This document shows, in pieces, positions 1 through 8,248 of a stretch of DNA of 64,000 nucleotides (positions within the stretch are counted from its first letter, which is position 1; every line of letters starts with the position of its first letter). The stretch comes from Nitrospirales bacterium. GTDB taxonomy: Bacteria; Nitrospirota; Nitrospiria; Nitrospirales; UBA8639. Made by a program: the position numbers and the translations under genes. The stretch lies in assembly GCA_965223295.1 (NCBI GenBank), contig CBDCWC010000002.1:1248001-1312000 (forward strand), given 5' to 3'. The notes under the pieces are model-generated. The model saw only the letters and a program-made list of their open reading frames with translations, searched no databases and was not told where the DNA came from.

Positions 1-123
1 TTTACCTTTTCCCGAACCAGTATGAATAATCAACAATCCCTTTTCTTCTTGCGCCGCCGCAATTCGTTGATCCACTGATGACTTTAACCGTTGCATGCGA
101 GCTTGATGATTAGCCTCAGTCAT
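1..123 (-). CDS. cobO: Cob(I)alamin adenosyltransferase CobO/BtuR, 5' part only (runs off window)
   Basis: Manual translation from ATG at 123: MTEANHQARMQRLKSSVDQRIAAAQEEKGLLIIHTGSGKGK. This matches the CobO N-terminus with its TGxGKGK P-loop. It lies directly downstream of btuB. Confidence 0.9.
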   Translation of the reverse strand, partial: MTEANHQARMQRLKSSVDQRIAAAQEEKGLLIIHTGSGKGK

Positions 124-240
124 GACATATTTCTCTCACTATAGCTCGATGACCTCATTCAGGTTGAAACAGGAGCACCAACGTTACCATCGTCTTTCCG
201 ACACCATTATGAATACCGGCAATTAACAGTCGAGAAAACT

Positions 241-2256
241 TCATGAACTCGTAGCACCCACAGGAAGATCAAAGTTCACGCGAACTCCTCCATAAATAGA
301 ACGAACCGCCGTTCCAAAAAACCTTACTTCTTCATAGTTACGATTCAAAATATTTTCCACTCGCACATAGCCTTGCAAATTTTTCGTTACGTCATACGAT
401 GCCGCTAGATGAATCACATGAAAATCTGGAAGAGGCTGTTGATTGCCTGTGGTATTAAAACGCGATCCTACATAGCGAAATGTTGCCGTCAAACTAAGAG
501 GATCAATCGGTTGATAGGTCAATACCACACTGGCCTGTTGCACAGGCCAACGTGCGAGTCGAGCAGCCGTTTGCAAGTCACGTGTCATGGTATAGGTATA
601 TTGCGCTCCAAGATCCAAACGTCTCATGTAAGGCAAATTCTCTGCAACAACAAGATTTCCACTCAACTCCCAGCCATGGGCTTTTGCCGAACCAACGTTC
701 TGTGCACAAAAGCCAAAAGGAGATAATGGCGCGCATCCAGCCGGATCAAATGTCGTCGTAATCAACTGACGATAACGATTCCAAAAATAGCCCAGACTAA
801 CTTTGCCACGATGCCCCCAAAATGTTTGATCCACCGCTACATCCAAACTTTGGCTTTTTTCAGCCTTGAGATCAGGGTTGCCGAAATTTGGGAAAAAGAG
901 TTCATTAATGTCAGGGGCCCGAAATCCTGTGGCATAGCTTGCTCGAAGCTTGGTTCCCGTTTCTTTGTGAAGATACCCTCCAGTCACCCGATAAGTGGTG
1001 GCATCTCCAAATGTGTTGTGGGAATCTTGCCGAATCCCTCCTGTGGCAAAGACACGATCCCAGAGATTTAGTTGCAATTCTGCAAACCCTGCATGGCTAG
1101 ACAATTTCTTTTCTGAAAACTGTCCGGGATTCTCCCCTAATTGTTTACGGTATTGATACCCGAGCGTTAGCAACAGAGGGTCAGCTATCTGAAAATTATG
1201 TTGCCATTCCAACCGGGTATTTTCCGTATCAATTTGACTATTATTAAACGGAGAGGCTGGGCTTTGCGCTCCAGTGAGCACACTTTGCTGAATGGTGCCA
1301 GCTTGAGTTTCTAATTTCCCTTCGCTCCGAGCTACGGTTAGCTGCTGGTCCCACCAATTTGTGATGGGCTGATCATAAGCGGCCCCGTAAATAAACTGTC
1401 GATCAGTCGACTTGAGCTTAAAGACATCAAATGGACCTCCACCAAATGTCGATAGACTATCAAAATCAATGTCAGAATTGATCCATCGAAAATTCACGCT
1501 CACTCGTCCATCATTCGGCAGCGCCACACCAATCTGACTGGAGGCGGTCCAATTACGATGTGCATCACGCTCTACAGCACCTCGCCGGTAGTTAATAGCA
1601 GAAAATCCTTGAAAATCCCAACGAGACAAAGAAACAGAAAAATCTACAGGACCATGTTCTCCTGCAAGACTGGCACCTTCACGAATGGAATTAAATGACC
1701 CGTATTCAAAAAAACTCGAGACTCGAGGAACCCCCTTTCCTTGCTTTGTCGTAATATTAATCACTCCCCCCATGGCGTCCGAACCCCACATCATACTTTG
1801 AGCACCACGAAGAATTTCAATTTTTTCGATATTCTCCGTCATCAAACCGGCGAAATTAAATTGCCCAATTGTTCCGGTATTCATGACCGCGCCATCTAGA
1901 ATTACTAAGGTTTGATCTGCTGTTCCTCCACGCATGCGAACGGTCGTGTTGCTCCCCGGTCCTCCACTGGAAAACACGGCTAAATTTTGACTCAAGCGCA
2001 ACGCGTCGCTCACCGTTTTCAGACCTCGTCGCTGGAAGTCTTCTTCCGTAATGACCTCAACCGCACTCGTCACCTGACTTAATGGCACAGGCGTTTTTGT
2101 GGCAGTTACTACGACAGGATCTAAAGTGTGAACAGACTTGGAGTCTAGATCATCGAGGGCTAGAACACTATTGGAAAATCCAACTGACAAGAAAAAAGAA
2201 ACAAGAAGCCAAGAAAAATTCTGAAGAATAAATCGTAAAAATACGTTCGTGGACAT
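241..2256 (-). CDS. btuB: TonB-dependent outer-membrane receptor, BtuB-like (cobalamin)
   Basis: TonB box-like DPVVVTAT, plug motif IEILRGAQSMMWG and a beta-barrel C-terminus. Start reassigned to ATG 2256 (SD AGGGAGGT) because the ORF-track extension lies inside the riboswitch. Confidence 0.88.
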   Translation of the reverse strand: MSTNVFLRFILQNFSWLLVSFFLSVGFSNSVLALDDLDSKSVHTLDPVVVTATKTPVPLSQVTSAVEVITEEDFQRRGLKTVSDALRLSQNLAVFSSGGPGSNTTVRMRGGTADQTLVILDGAVMNTGTIGQFNFAGLMTENIEKIEILRGAQSMMWGSDAMGGVINITTKQGKGVPRVSSFFEYGSFNSIREGASLAGEHGPVDFSVSLSRWDFQGFSAINYRRGAVERDAHRNWTASSQIGVALPNDGRVSVNFRWINSDIDFDSLSTFGGGPFDVFKLKSTDRQFIYGAAYDQPITNWWDQQLTVARSEGKLETQAGTIQQSVLTGAQSPASPFNNSQIDTENTRLEWQHNFQIADPLLLTLGYQYRKQLGENPGQFSEKKLSSHAGFAELQLNLWDRVFATGGIRQDSHNTFGDATTYRVTGGYLHKETGTKLRASYATGFRAPDINELFFPNFGNPDLKAEKSQSLDVAVDQTFWGHRGKVSLGYFWNRYRQLITTTFDPAGCAPLSPFGFCAQNVGSAKAHGWELSGNLVVAENLPYMRRLDLGAQYTYTMTRDLQTAARLARWPVQQASVVLTYQPIDPLSLTATFRYVGSRFNTTGNQQPLPDFHVIHLAASYDVTKNLQGYVRVENILNRNYEEVRFFGTAVRSIYGGVRVNFDLPVGATSS

Positions 2257-2297
2257 GATCCACCTCCCTTTAGCTCGAAGGGGTTTTATGGAAGCAA

Positions 2298-2460
2298 CGA
2301 CTGTTGGGTTTCCTGACTTGCGGATTCTCGTTTCTCTGCGCCTTCTCATGAGCTTTCAGCCCACAATGGCCTGCTGCAGAATCACTCCCCGCTTACAGTG
2401 GCGGCACCGTGCTGGATTTCCACCAGCTTCCCCTTTACAACCGTCTCAATTCCGTCAAAT
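2298..2460 (-). ncRNA. Cobalamin riboswitch upstream of btuB
   Basis: Minus strand reads AAAGGGAAGCTGGTG-GAAATCCAGCACGGTGCCGCCACTGTAA...GAGAAGG...AAGTCAGGAAACC (B12-box). A CCCTT/AAGGG hairpin can occlude the btuB SD. Confidence 0.93.
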
Positions 2461-2520
2461 AACCCTCCTCCTTTGTCAAAATTAATAATGAACACACAGC
2501 AATAAACTCTAACAATGTAC

Positions 2521-3348
2521 TTACACAGGTAAGGATACGCGCGGCAGCCCCGACTGTGGATGGCGGTCAACGAGGACCGAACATCCATACGCTGCTTCGA
2601 TAACTTCTGGCTTTATCACTTTTTGAGGCGACCCCATCGCAGCCAGACGACCGTGGTTCAGCAACAAGACCTGATCGCAATATTGACTGGCCAAATTGAG
2701 ATCATGAGAGACTAGCACGACTGTCAACCCTCGTTCTCGATTAAGTCGTTTAATGATACGCGCAATATCTAACTGATGGTGAAGATCTAAAAAAGCGGTT
2801 GGTTCATCCAGCAATAGAATCTGCGGTTCCTGCACAAGCGCGCGGGCAATCACCGCCCGCTGCCGTTCGCCCCCAGACACGTCGTTCATCAAACGATGTC
2901 CCAGATGTGCCACATCCAGTTCTTCCATGGCTTGCTGGGCCACGGCCCAATCCTGCGCATCTTCCCAATGCCACCCTCCCCATCCCTGATGATGCGGAGA
3001 CCGTCCCATCAGGACCATTTCTGCAATCGTAAACGGAAAGACCTGTAGGGTTTCTTGCGGCACAAGCGCCACACGTTTGGCAATATCTAGCTGCGACAAA
3101 CCCGATAGTGATTTACCCAAAATGTCAATCGTACCTTGCTTGGGTTCATAGACTCGCGCCAATAATTTCAGCAAGGTACTTTTTCCCGACCCATTCGGAC
3201 CAAGGATTCCTAACACTCGACCGGAAAGAATGAGACAGGAGAGTTCATGTAAAACGGTATTCGATTCAGCGCTTGCTCTCCGTGTATACGAAAAACTGAC
3301 GTTCTGCAGAGCATACGCTACGCAAGAAGAATCTGTGTCGTTCAACAT
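2521..3348 (-). CDS. btuD: ABC transporter ATP-binding subunit (BtuD/FepC-like)
   Basis: Walker A GPNGSGKS, signature VSGGERQR, Walker B LLLDEP, H-loop SHD. Start could be 3348 or 3396. Confidence 0.88.
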   Translation of the reverse strand: MLNDTDSSCVAYALQNVSFSYTRRASAESNTVLHELSCLILSGRVLGILGPNGSGKSTLLKLLARVYEPKQGTIDILGKSLSGLSQLDIAKRVALVPQETLQVFPFTIAEMVLMGRSPHHQGWGGWHWEDAQDWAVAQQAMEELDVAHLGHRLMNDVSGGERQRAVIARALVQEPQILLLDEPTAFLDLHHQLDIARIIKRLNRERGLTVVLVSHDLNLASQYCDQVLLLNHGRLAAMGSPQKVIKPEVIEAAYGCSVLVDRHPQSGLPRVSLPV

Positions 3349-3353
3349 CGTTG

Positions 3354-4508
3354 TCAATTCATCCCTAATCGTGATTGGCGATTCATTAGCAGCCATAAAA
3401 AGATCGGACCACCCACCAAGGCCGTAATCACGCCAACCGGAAATTCACTGGGACTTAATGCGGTACGAGCGACCGTATCGGCCATCATTAAAAACATCCC
3501 TCCTACTAACCCTGCGACGGGAAGCAATAAGCGATGGTCTGCCGAAACGACTAGTCGCACTGCATGGGGAATGATCAGTCCGACAAAGCCAATGATGCCA
3601 CTAAAGCTGACTACTGCTCCCGTCAAGAGTGCTGCTGCAAGAAATATCCGTTTTTTCACTTGCTCCACGTCTACACCTAACGATTGAGCAGTTTCTTCGC
3701 CAAGCGTCAGCAAGTTCAGCGATTGCGCATGGAGACCAAGGATGAAAAGTCCCACTCCCAAATACAACACGAGCATGCCTAATGTCGGCCAATCTTGACC
3801 CGTTAAGGTTCCCATCAACCAAGCATACATGCCAAAGGCACGGTTGGGTTCAGCAATACTCGTCAGGAACATGATGAAGGCCGAAAAAATGGCATTCAGG
3901 ACGACTCCAGCTAACAACAAGGTATAGACAGAAAACCCATATTGCGCAGAAGAAATCCAGTACATGATTGTGAGCGCGAACAGAGCCCCAGCAAATGCAC
4001 ATAGAGGCAGGGCCGAGATACTCAGAACCGATATTCCAACACCAAAAAGGATGGCAATGGCAGCCCCCAAAGCCGCGCCGCTGGAAATACCTATCACAAA
4101 TGGGTCTGCCAGAGGATTGCGCAGCAAGGCCTGCAAGGCGACACCAACCATCGCTAAAGAGCTTCCTACAGCACAGGCTAAAAACACACGAGGCATTCTG
4201 ACTTGCATCAGGATAATGGATGTCGGGTCACCCATCGACTGATCTGTCGATGCACCTGCTACGGCGCTCATCACTACAGTCAAAATTTTCGAATAGGCAA
4301 TTGATTCCGTTCCAAATCCCAAACACACCAAGAAGACACCTATGGTGGAACACCCCACGCCCCCCACCCAAAGGATCCAGCGCGATCGAGTCAAAGAGGG
4401 GAAAGCCTGGACAGCTTTCGATTGTGTACGTGACACCGAACTCAACCCATCTGAAACCGAATCGACAGACTTCTTACGTACCAATGGAATTTCAAGAGTA
4501 GGCTTCAT
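3354..4508 (-). CDS. btuC: FecCD/BtuC-family ABC permease
   Basis: RMPRV, LRNPLADP and IGFVGLIIPH motifs; many transmembrane segments. Confidence 0.88.
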   Translation of the reverse strand: MKPTLEIPLVRKKSVDSVSDGLSSVSRTQSKAVQAFPSLTRSRWILWVGGVGCSTIGVFLVCLGFGTESIAYSKILTVVMSAVAGASTDQSMGDPTSIILMQVRMPRVFLACAVGSSLAMVGVALQALLRNPLADPFVIGISSGAALGAAIAILFGVGISVLSISALPLCAFAGALFALTIMYWISSAQYGFSVYTLLLAGVVLNAIFSAFIMFLTSIAEPNRAFGMYAWLMGTLTGQDWPTLGMLVLYLGVGLFILGLHAQSLNLLTLGEETAQSLGVDVEQVKKRIFLAAALLTGAVVSFSGIIGFVGLIIPHAVRLVVSADHRLLLPVAGLVGGMFLMMADTVARTALSPSEFPVGVITALVGGPIFLWLLMNRQSRLGMN

Positions 4509-4594
4509 AGCAGAACAACCGTCAAACAAATCTGGACAAGCTATAGTAAAGTGTTCGGGAATGGCTACATGCCCATCAGTTATGACAGCTTCTC

Positions 4595-5719
4595 TTACAG
4601 AGACACCTCCGGATGCAGTAATTTCATTAACTGTCGCAACCCTTCAATCACCCGTGGACCAGGACGGTTCAAAAGATCACTTTCCACTTGAAACAATTTT
4701 CCATCTTGTACGGCTCGTAAAGAATTCCAGCGTCGCCATTGATCTTGTTCGGTCTGTGGAATTCCCTCATATTCTCCGACGGGAAACAGCAAAATTTCTG
4801 GATTTTGAATCAACACTTCTTCCATGGTCAGCCGTGGATAGGGAGCTGTCGCTCGCTCTGCGGCATTTCGCCCACCCGCCAGTTCAATCAAATGGTGAAT
4901 GAAACTTCCAGGTCCCACGGTAATCAACGGTTCTGAATTGAGCACATAGAGCAACGTCGGACGCGGACGACCATCAACGCGTTTGGTTAGGTCGGCCACC
5001 TGCTTCCGCATAGTCGCCGTAAAGGCATTGGCTTCTGACGCACGTCCAACCATGCGCCCTATCAACTGAATATGTCCGTAAATACCTTCAACCGTTTTCG
5101 ATTCGAGTACAAAGGTTGGAATCTTGAGCTGGTCTAACTTGGCGAGTAAGTCTGCACGAAGAAACGAAGGCGGAGCCAATACAAGCTGCGGTTCAAGCCC
5201 CACCAAAACTTCCAGGTTGGGTTGAGAATAGCCAACTTTTGGCTTCTCTAATGCTCCTGGCGGATAGTTACAAAAATCCGTCACGCCAACAATTTCATCT
5301 TCTGCTCCAATGGCGAAGAGGATTTCCGTAATGCTGGGTGCTAACGAAACAATCCGTTTGGGTGGCTTGGCGAGATACAGCTTCCGATCTAAATCATCCA
5401 CAAACGTGCGGGGCGCAATATTGGCCATGAACGGCATGCCCGTTAAAATACCTTGTTGCCGCCGTCTCATGGTATCGTTCTCTTCAGCATAAACCTGGGT
5501 AGTTGGATAGGAAGTCGCAAGAAAGCAATGTACTATAGCAAAGACCAGCAACCAAATAACGCGCCGCCAATCATATCCCCTCGCCCTCTGAGGGAGAGGG
5601 TACGCACATCGAAAATCTCGACCAACTTTACTTCCCCAATAATTTGATAGGTGCCTCAAAATAAAAAATCCCCAAGGCTCCATGAACCTTGAGGATTGCA
5701 CCCGTTTCTTCATCCTCAC
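4595..5719 (-). CDS. btuF: Cobalamin-binding periplasmic protein BtuF with long N-terminal extension
   Basis: RIVSLAPSITEILFAIG, VGVTDFCNYP and RPGPR motifs; first gene after a B12 riboswitch. Start position uncertain. Confidence 0.85.
   Translation of the reverse strand: MRMKKRVQSSRFMEPWGFFILRHLSNYWGSKVGRDFRCAYPLPQRARGYDWRRVIWLLVFAIVHCFLATSYPTTQVYAEENDTMRRRQQGILTGMPFMANIAPRTFVDDLDRKLYLAKPPKRIVSLAPSITEILFAIGAEDEIVGVTDFCNYPPGALEKPKVGYSQPNLEVLVGLEPQLVLAPPSFLRADLLAKLDQLKIPTFVLESKTVEGIYGHIQLIGRMVGRASEANAFTATMRKQVADLTKRVDGRPRPTLLYVLNSEPLITVGPGSFIHHLIELAGGRNAAERATAPYPRLTMEEVLIQNPEILLFPVGEYEGIPQTEQDQWRRWNSLRAVQDGKLFQVESDLLNRPGPRVIEGLRQLMKLLHPEVSL
5577..5600. repeat. REP-like palindrome inside the btuF 5' region
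   Basis: CCCTCGCCCT-CTG-AGGGAGAGGG hairpin; translates in the btuF frame as PLPQRARG. Confidence 0.55.
5658..5697 (-). terminator. Intrinsic terminator-like hairpin in the first codons of btuF
   Basis: Minus strand AATCCTCAAGG-TTCATGGAG-CCTTGGGGATT followed by TTTTATTTT. Confidence 0.6.
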
Positions 5720-5757
5720 CTATTCCCCGGCCCTCGAGGGAATACTTGGTTAATGAT

Positions 5758-5980
5758 CACATGAGGTATTCTGGCTTCTGGGTAATAACCTACTGCCCGC
5801 GCCTTCCCACCCAAACCTCAGTAAGGAGTGAAAAGTAAGGAGAGGATTCTCTTTCCCCTCACTCTTGACACCTTACCTCTTTCGAACAGTGGCATTGCGG
5901 GGATCGTTCCCAGTCACAGCGGCGGGACCGCGCGGGACTCACACCCGCTTCCCATCATGCGCTCCGCATTTGTTGACGGT
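5758..5980 (-). ncRNA. Cobalamin riboswitch upstream of btuFCD, with an internal insertion
   Basis: Minus strand GGGAAGCGGGTGTGAGTCCCGCGCGGTCCCGCCGCTGTGA...GCCACTG...GGGAAGG...AAGCCAGAATACCT. Confidence 0.92.
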
Positions 5981-5981
5981 G

Positions 5982-6011
5982 ACAATAGAAAGAGGTGCCT
6001 CTTGTTGTCAA
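5982..6011 (-). promoter_or_regulatory. Putative sigma70 promoter for the riboswitch-btuFCD transcript
   Basis: Minus strand TTGACA-18 nt-TATTGT immediately upstream of the aptamer. Confidence 0.5.
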
Positions 6012-6053
6012 CTCTCCCCCAAAATCACCGCGAAGCCATCTCAACAAAAAAGA

Positions 6054-6587
6054 CTAATTGCCTAAATGTGCATTATTAGTTGGCTGTTTCAACCAGGTCG
6101 CAATATCTTGCCCAAGCACTTTCACTGTCCGTCCCAAGACAGAGCATGAGCCTTTATAACCCCCAAATACTCCTCCACCTGAAACTCTAGAACCAGTAAA
6201 TGAAGCCAAGAGTTTTCCATTCTGGTACAGTTCACCTCGGACAGATGTCGACTTACGGTGCCCAATGAACGCATTCCCTGCACTAAGGGCATGAGTAATC
6301 TCAACATCTAGGACATTTCCGGTTGTACCTGTATCGATAACATCCACTCCTCGCACTTTCAATCCTTTCTCTGCCGCAAATTCTTGAATATAAGCTGCAA
6401 GTTGTTGATTCAAACGACACTCTTGCTTGATATTGTTAGCAATGGTATTTCCGGGACTATAGCGTACGGAATTGGGAACTGTGATGGGACCGGGTGGTAG
6501 GCTAACAGGAGTTCCAAGCCGAATCTTGGACCCTCCACAGGCAGATAGAACCAATAGAAAACATAAGGCTGTCAAAATGGTCTTCAT
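6054..6587 (-). CDS. Hypothetical lipoprotein
   Basis: Signal peptide with lipobox LSAC; SD GGAGGAG; two further Cys (possible disulfide). Confidence 0.8.
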   Translation of the reverse strand: MKTILTALCFLLVLSACGGSKIRLGTPVSLPPGPITVPNSVRYSPGNTIANNIKQECRLNQQLAAYIQEFAAEKGLKVRGVDVIDTGTTGNVLDVEITHALSAGNAFIGHRKSTSVRGELYQNGKLLASFTGSRVSGGGVFGGYKGSCSVLGRTVKVLGQDIATWLKQPTNNAHLGN

Positions 6588-6886
6588 TGTTCTCCTCCAT
6601 AAGAATTGAAAAACGTCCCAATACGCTGGGAGATGTACGACGGTGATATTCCGAGTATCGCTTTTCAGTTTTCCATCTTTCTCGATTGACCTTGTAGCCT
6701 ATTTTTAATATTGTAGTCGTGTTTGCTTCCCCCACCGAAGTAGTTTTCTTTTCACAGTATCATCACGAACATACGACCTGAATACGGAAGGCAACAAGCC
6801 TTTTATCCGTTGACACGCCCATTCTCTCATCATTCAAAAGCATCAGACTGAGTTAACACATCCACTATTACCAGGAGGGGTTCTCT

Positions 6887-8017
6887 ATGTCACATGGATT
6901 GTTTGTTCGAGTTGCTATGATACTTGGGCTATGGCTCACTATTTCAACACTTCCCCAGCAAATGTCCTCCTTTCTTGCACCACCTATTGCTCACGCTGAG
7001 GATAAAGAGGCAGAAGACAAAGTTTCCATACATGATATTCAGGCCAAACATGTAAAATTCCCAGTACAATTGTCAGATGGATCAACCCACACTATGGCGG
7101 GAGTCTTCTATGTGAATCCTACACAGTGGGCGATCTGCAGCCATAAAAATACCCCACGCAAGGTCGAAAAATGTTTTTTAAAACTCACAACACTCCAAGT
7201 TCTCGTTCATGGATGGACCTATAACCATAAGTACTGGGACCCTTACGGCGCAGACAAGCCAGGCCGTTCATATGCTCGCTTCATGGCAAAGAAAGGGTAT
7301 CTCGTCCTCGCTCTGGATTTGTTGGGATCTGGGGAATCGAGTGTACCGAATGGAGAAACACTCAATTTCACTGAAAACGTGGGGAGCCTCATACAAGTTC
7401 TTACTCAGATTCGATCGCAACAGCATCTTCAAAAGAATCCTTTTCAACGTATTGCACTCGTCGGGCATTCGGGTGGAACAATTCTCTCTGTCCTTACCGC
7501 AGGAACCGTTCCCAATATCGTTGACTTTTTAATTGCCACCGGGTGGTCATATGTACCCCATCAGGTCTTTCCTCAATCCTTCATCAAACTTTTCCTGCAA
7601 CAAACTCCCTATATTCGTTTTCCTAGTGACATTCGTACCGCGTTGTTCTACTACACACCCAACGCAAAACCACGACAGATTGCCTTTGACAATAGCCAAC
7701 TAGCTGATCAACTTCCTCATGGAGCCTTAGCACAGGGCGTTCCTATACTCGATGCTCTGGAAAATGGAGATATTGAACTCATCAAAGCATTTTCACTGGT
7801 GGACCAAGTCAAGGTTCCAGTTTTAGTGCAGCTCGGAGATATGGATATCATAGCCAAACCCAGCTCGCTGACAGCAGAGGAAGAGTTCTATTCGAGTTCG
7901 CCAGATGTCACCGTCCAGCTATTGGAAAACATGGGACATTCCTTAAACTTACATATCGATAGAAAAACTGGTTGGCGAAACATCAATCGCTGGCTTAAAG
8001 ACCAGCTTTTCAATTGA
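6887..8017 (+). CDS. Secreted alpha/beta-fold hydrolase
   Basis: Signal peptide ending AHA; HG oxyanion motif (LVHGWTY); nucleophile GHSGG; His in MGHSL; SD AGGAGG. Confidence 0.85.
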   Translation: MSHGLFVRVAMILGLWLTISTLPQQMSSFLAPPIAHAEDKEAEDKVSIHDIQAKHVKFPVQLSDGSTHTMAGVFYVNPTQWAICSHKNTPRKVEKCFLKLTTLQVLVHGWTYNHKYWDPYGADKPGRSYARFMAKKGYLVLALDLLGSGESSVPNGETLNFTENVGSLIQVLTQIRSQQHLQKNPFQRIALVGHSGGTILSVLTAGTVPNIVDFLIATGWSYVPHQVFPQSFIKLFLQQTPYIRFPSDIRTALFYYTPNAKPRQIAFDNSQLADQLPHGALAQGVPILDALENGDIELIKAFSLVDQVKVPVLVQLGDMDIIAKPSSLTAEEEFYSSSPDVTVQLLENMGHSLNLHIDRKTGWRNINRWLKDQLFN

Positions 8018-8056
8018 ATCCATAACACGAAATAATCCCTTCCCTCATAGAGAAAA

Positions 8057-8094
8057 CCAACAGTGCACCTGGAAAAACCCAGGTACACTGTTGG
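8057..8094. terminator. Hairpin between the convergent hydrolase and cobQ genes
   Basis: CCAACAGTGCACCTGG-AAAAAC-CCAGGTACACTGTTGG, a 16-bp stem with one mismatch. Confidence 0.55.
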
Positions 8095-8172
8095 TGGCCA
8101 GTCAAAATCCACGATCTTCTCGTGAAATAAAAACCGTCTTTAGCGACCTTTTACCGAAAGACTTTCCATTCA

Positions 8173-8248
8173 GGGGCTGTTGAATAATGCTGATATCAAC
8201 GGCCAAATTTCGTGTCTGCGACGTGACATGTCAGAGGCCTCGGGTCTG
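8173..8248 (-). repeat. Solo 70-bp terminal module of the tripartite element, overlapping the cobQ stop codon
   Basis: GGGGCTGTTGAATAATGCTGATATCAACGG...ACATGTCAGAGGCCTCGGGTCTG aligns without gaps to 55961-56036. Confidence 0.75.

Noticed and set aside
2257-2349. N-terminal extension of BtuB in the ORF track
   Set aside because: It overlaps the riboswitch; a strong SD precedes ATG 2256.
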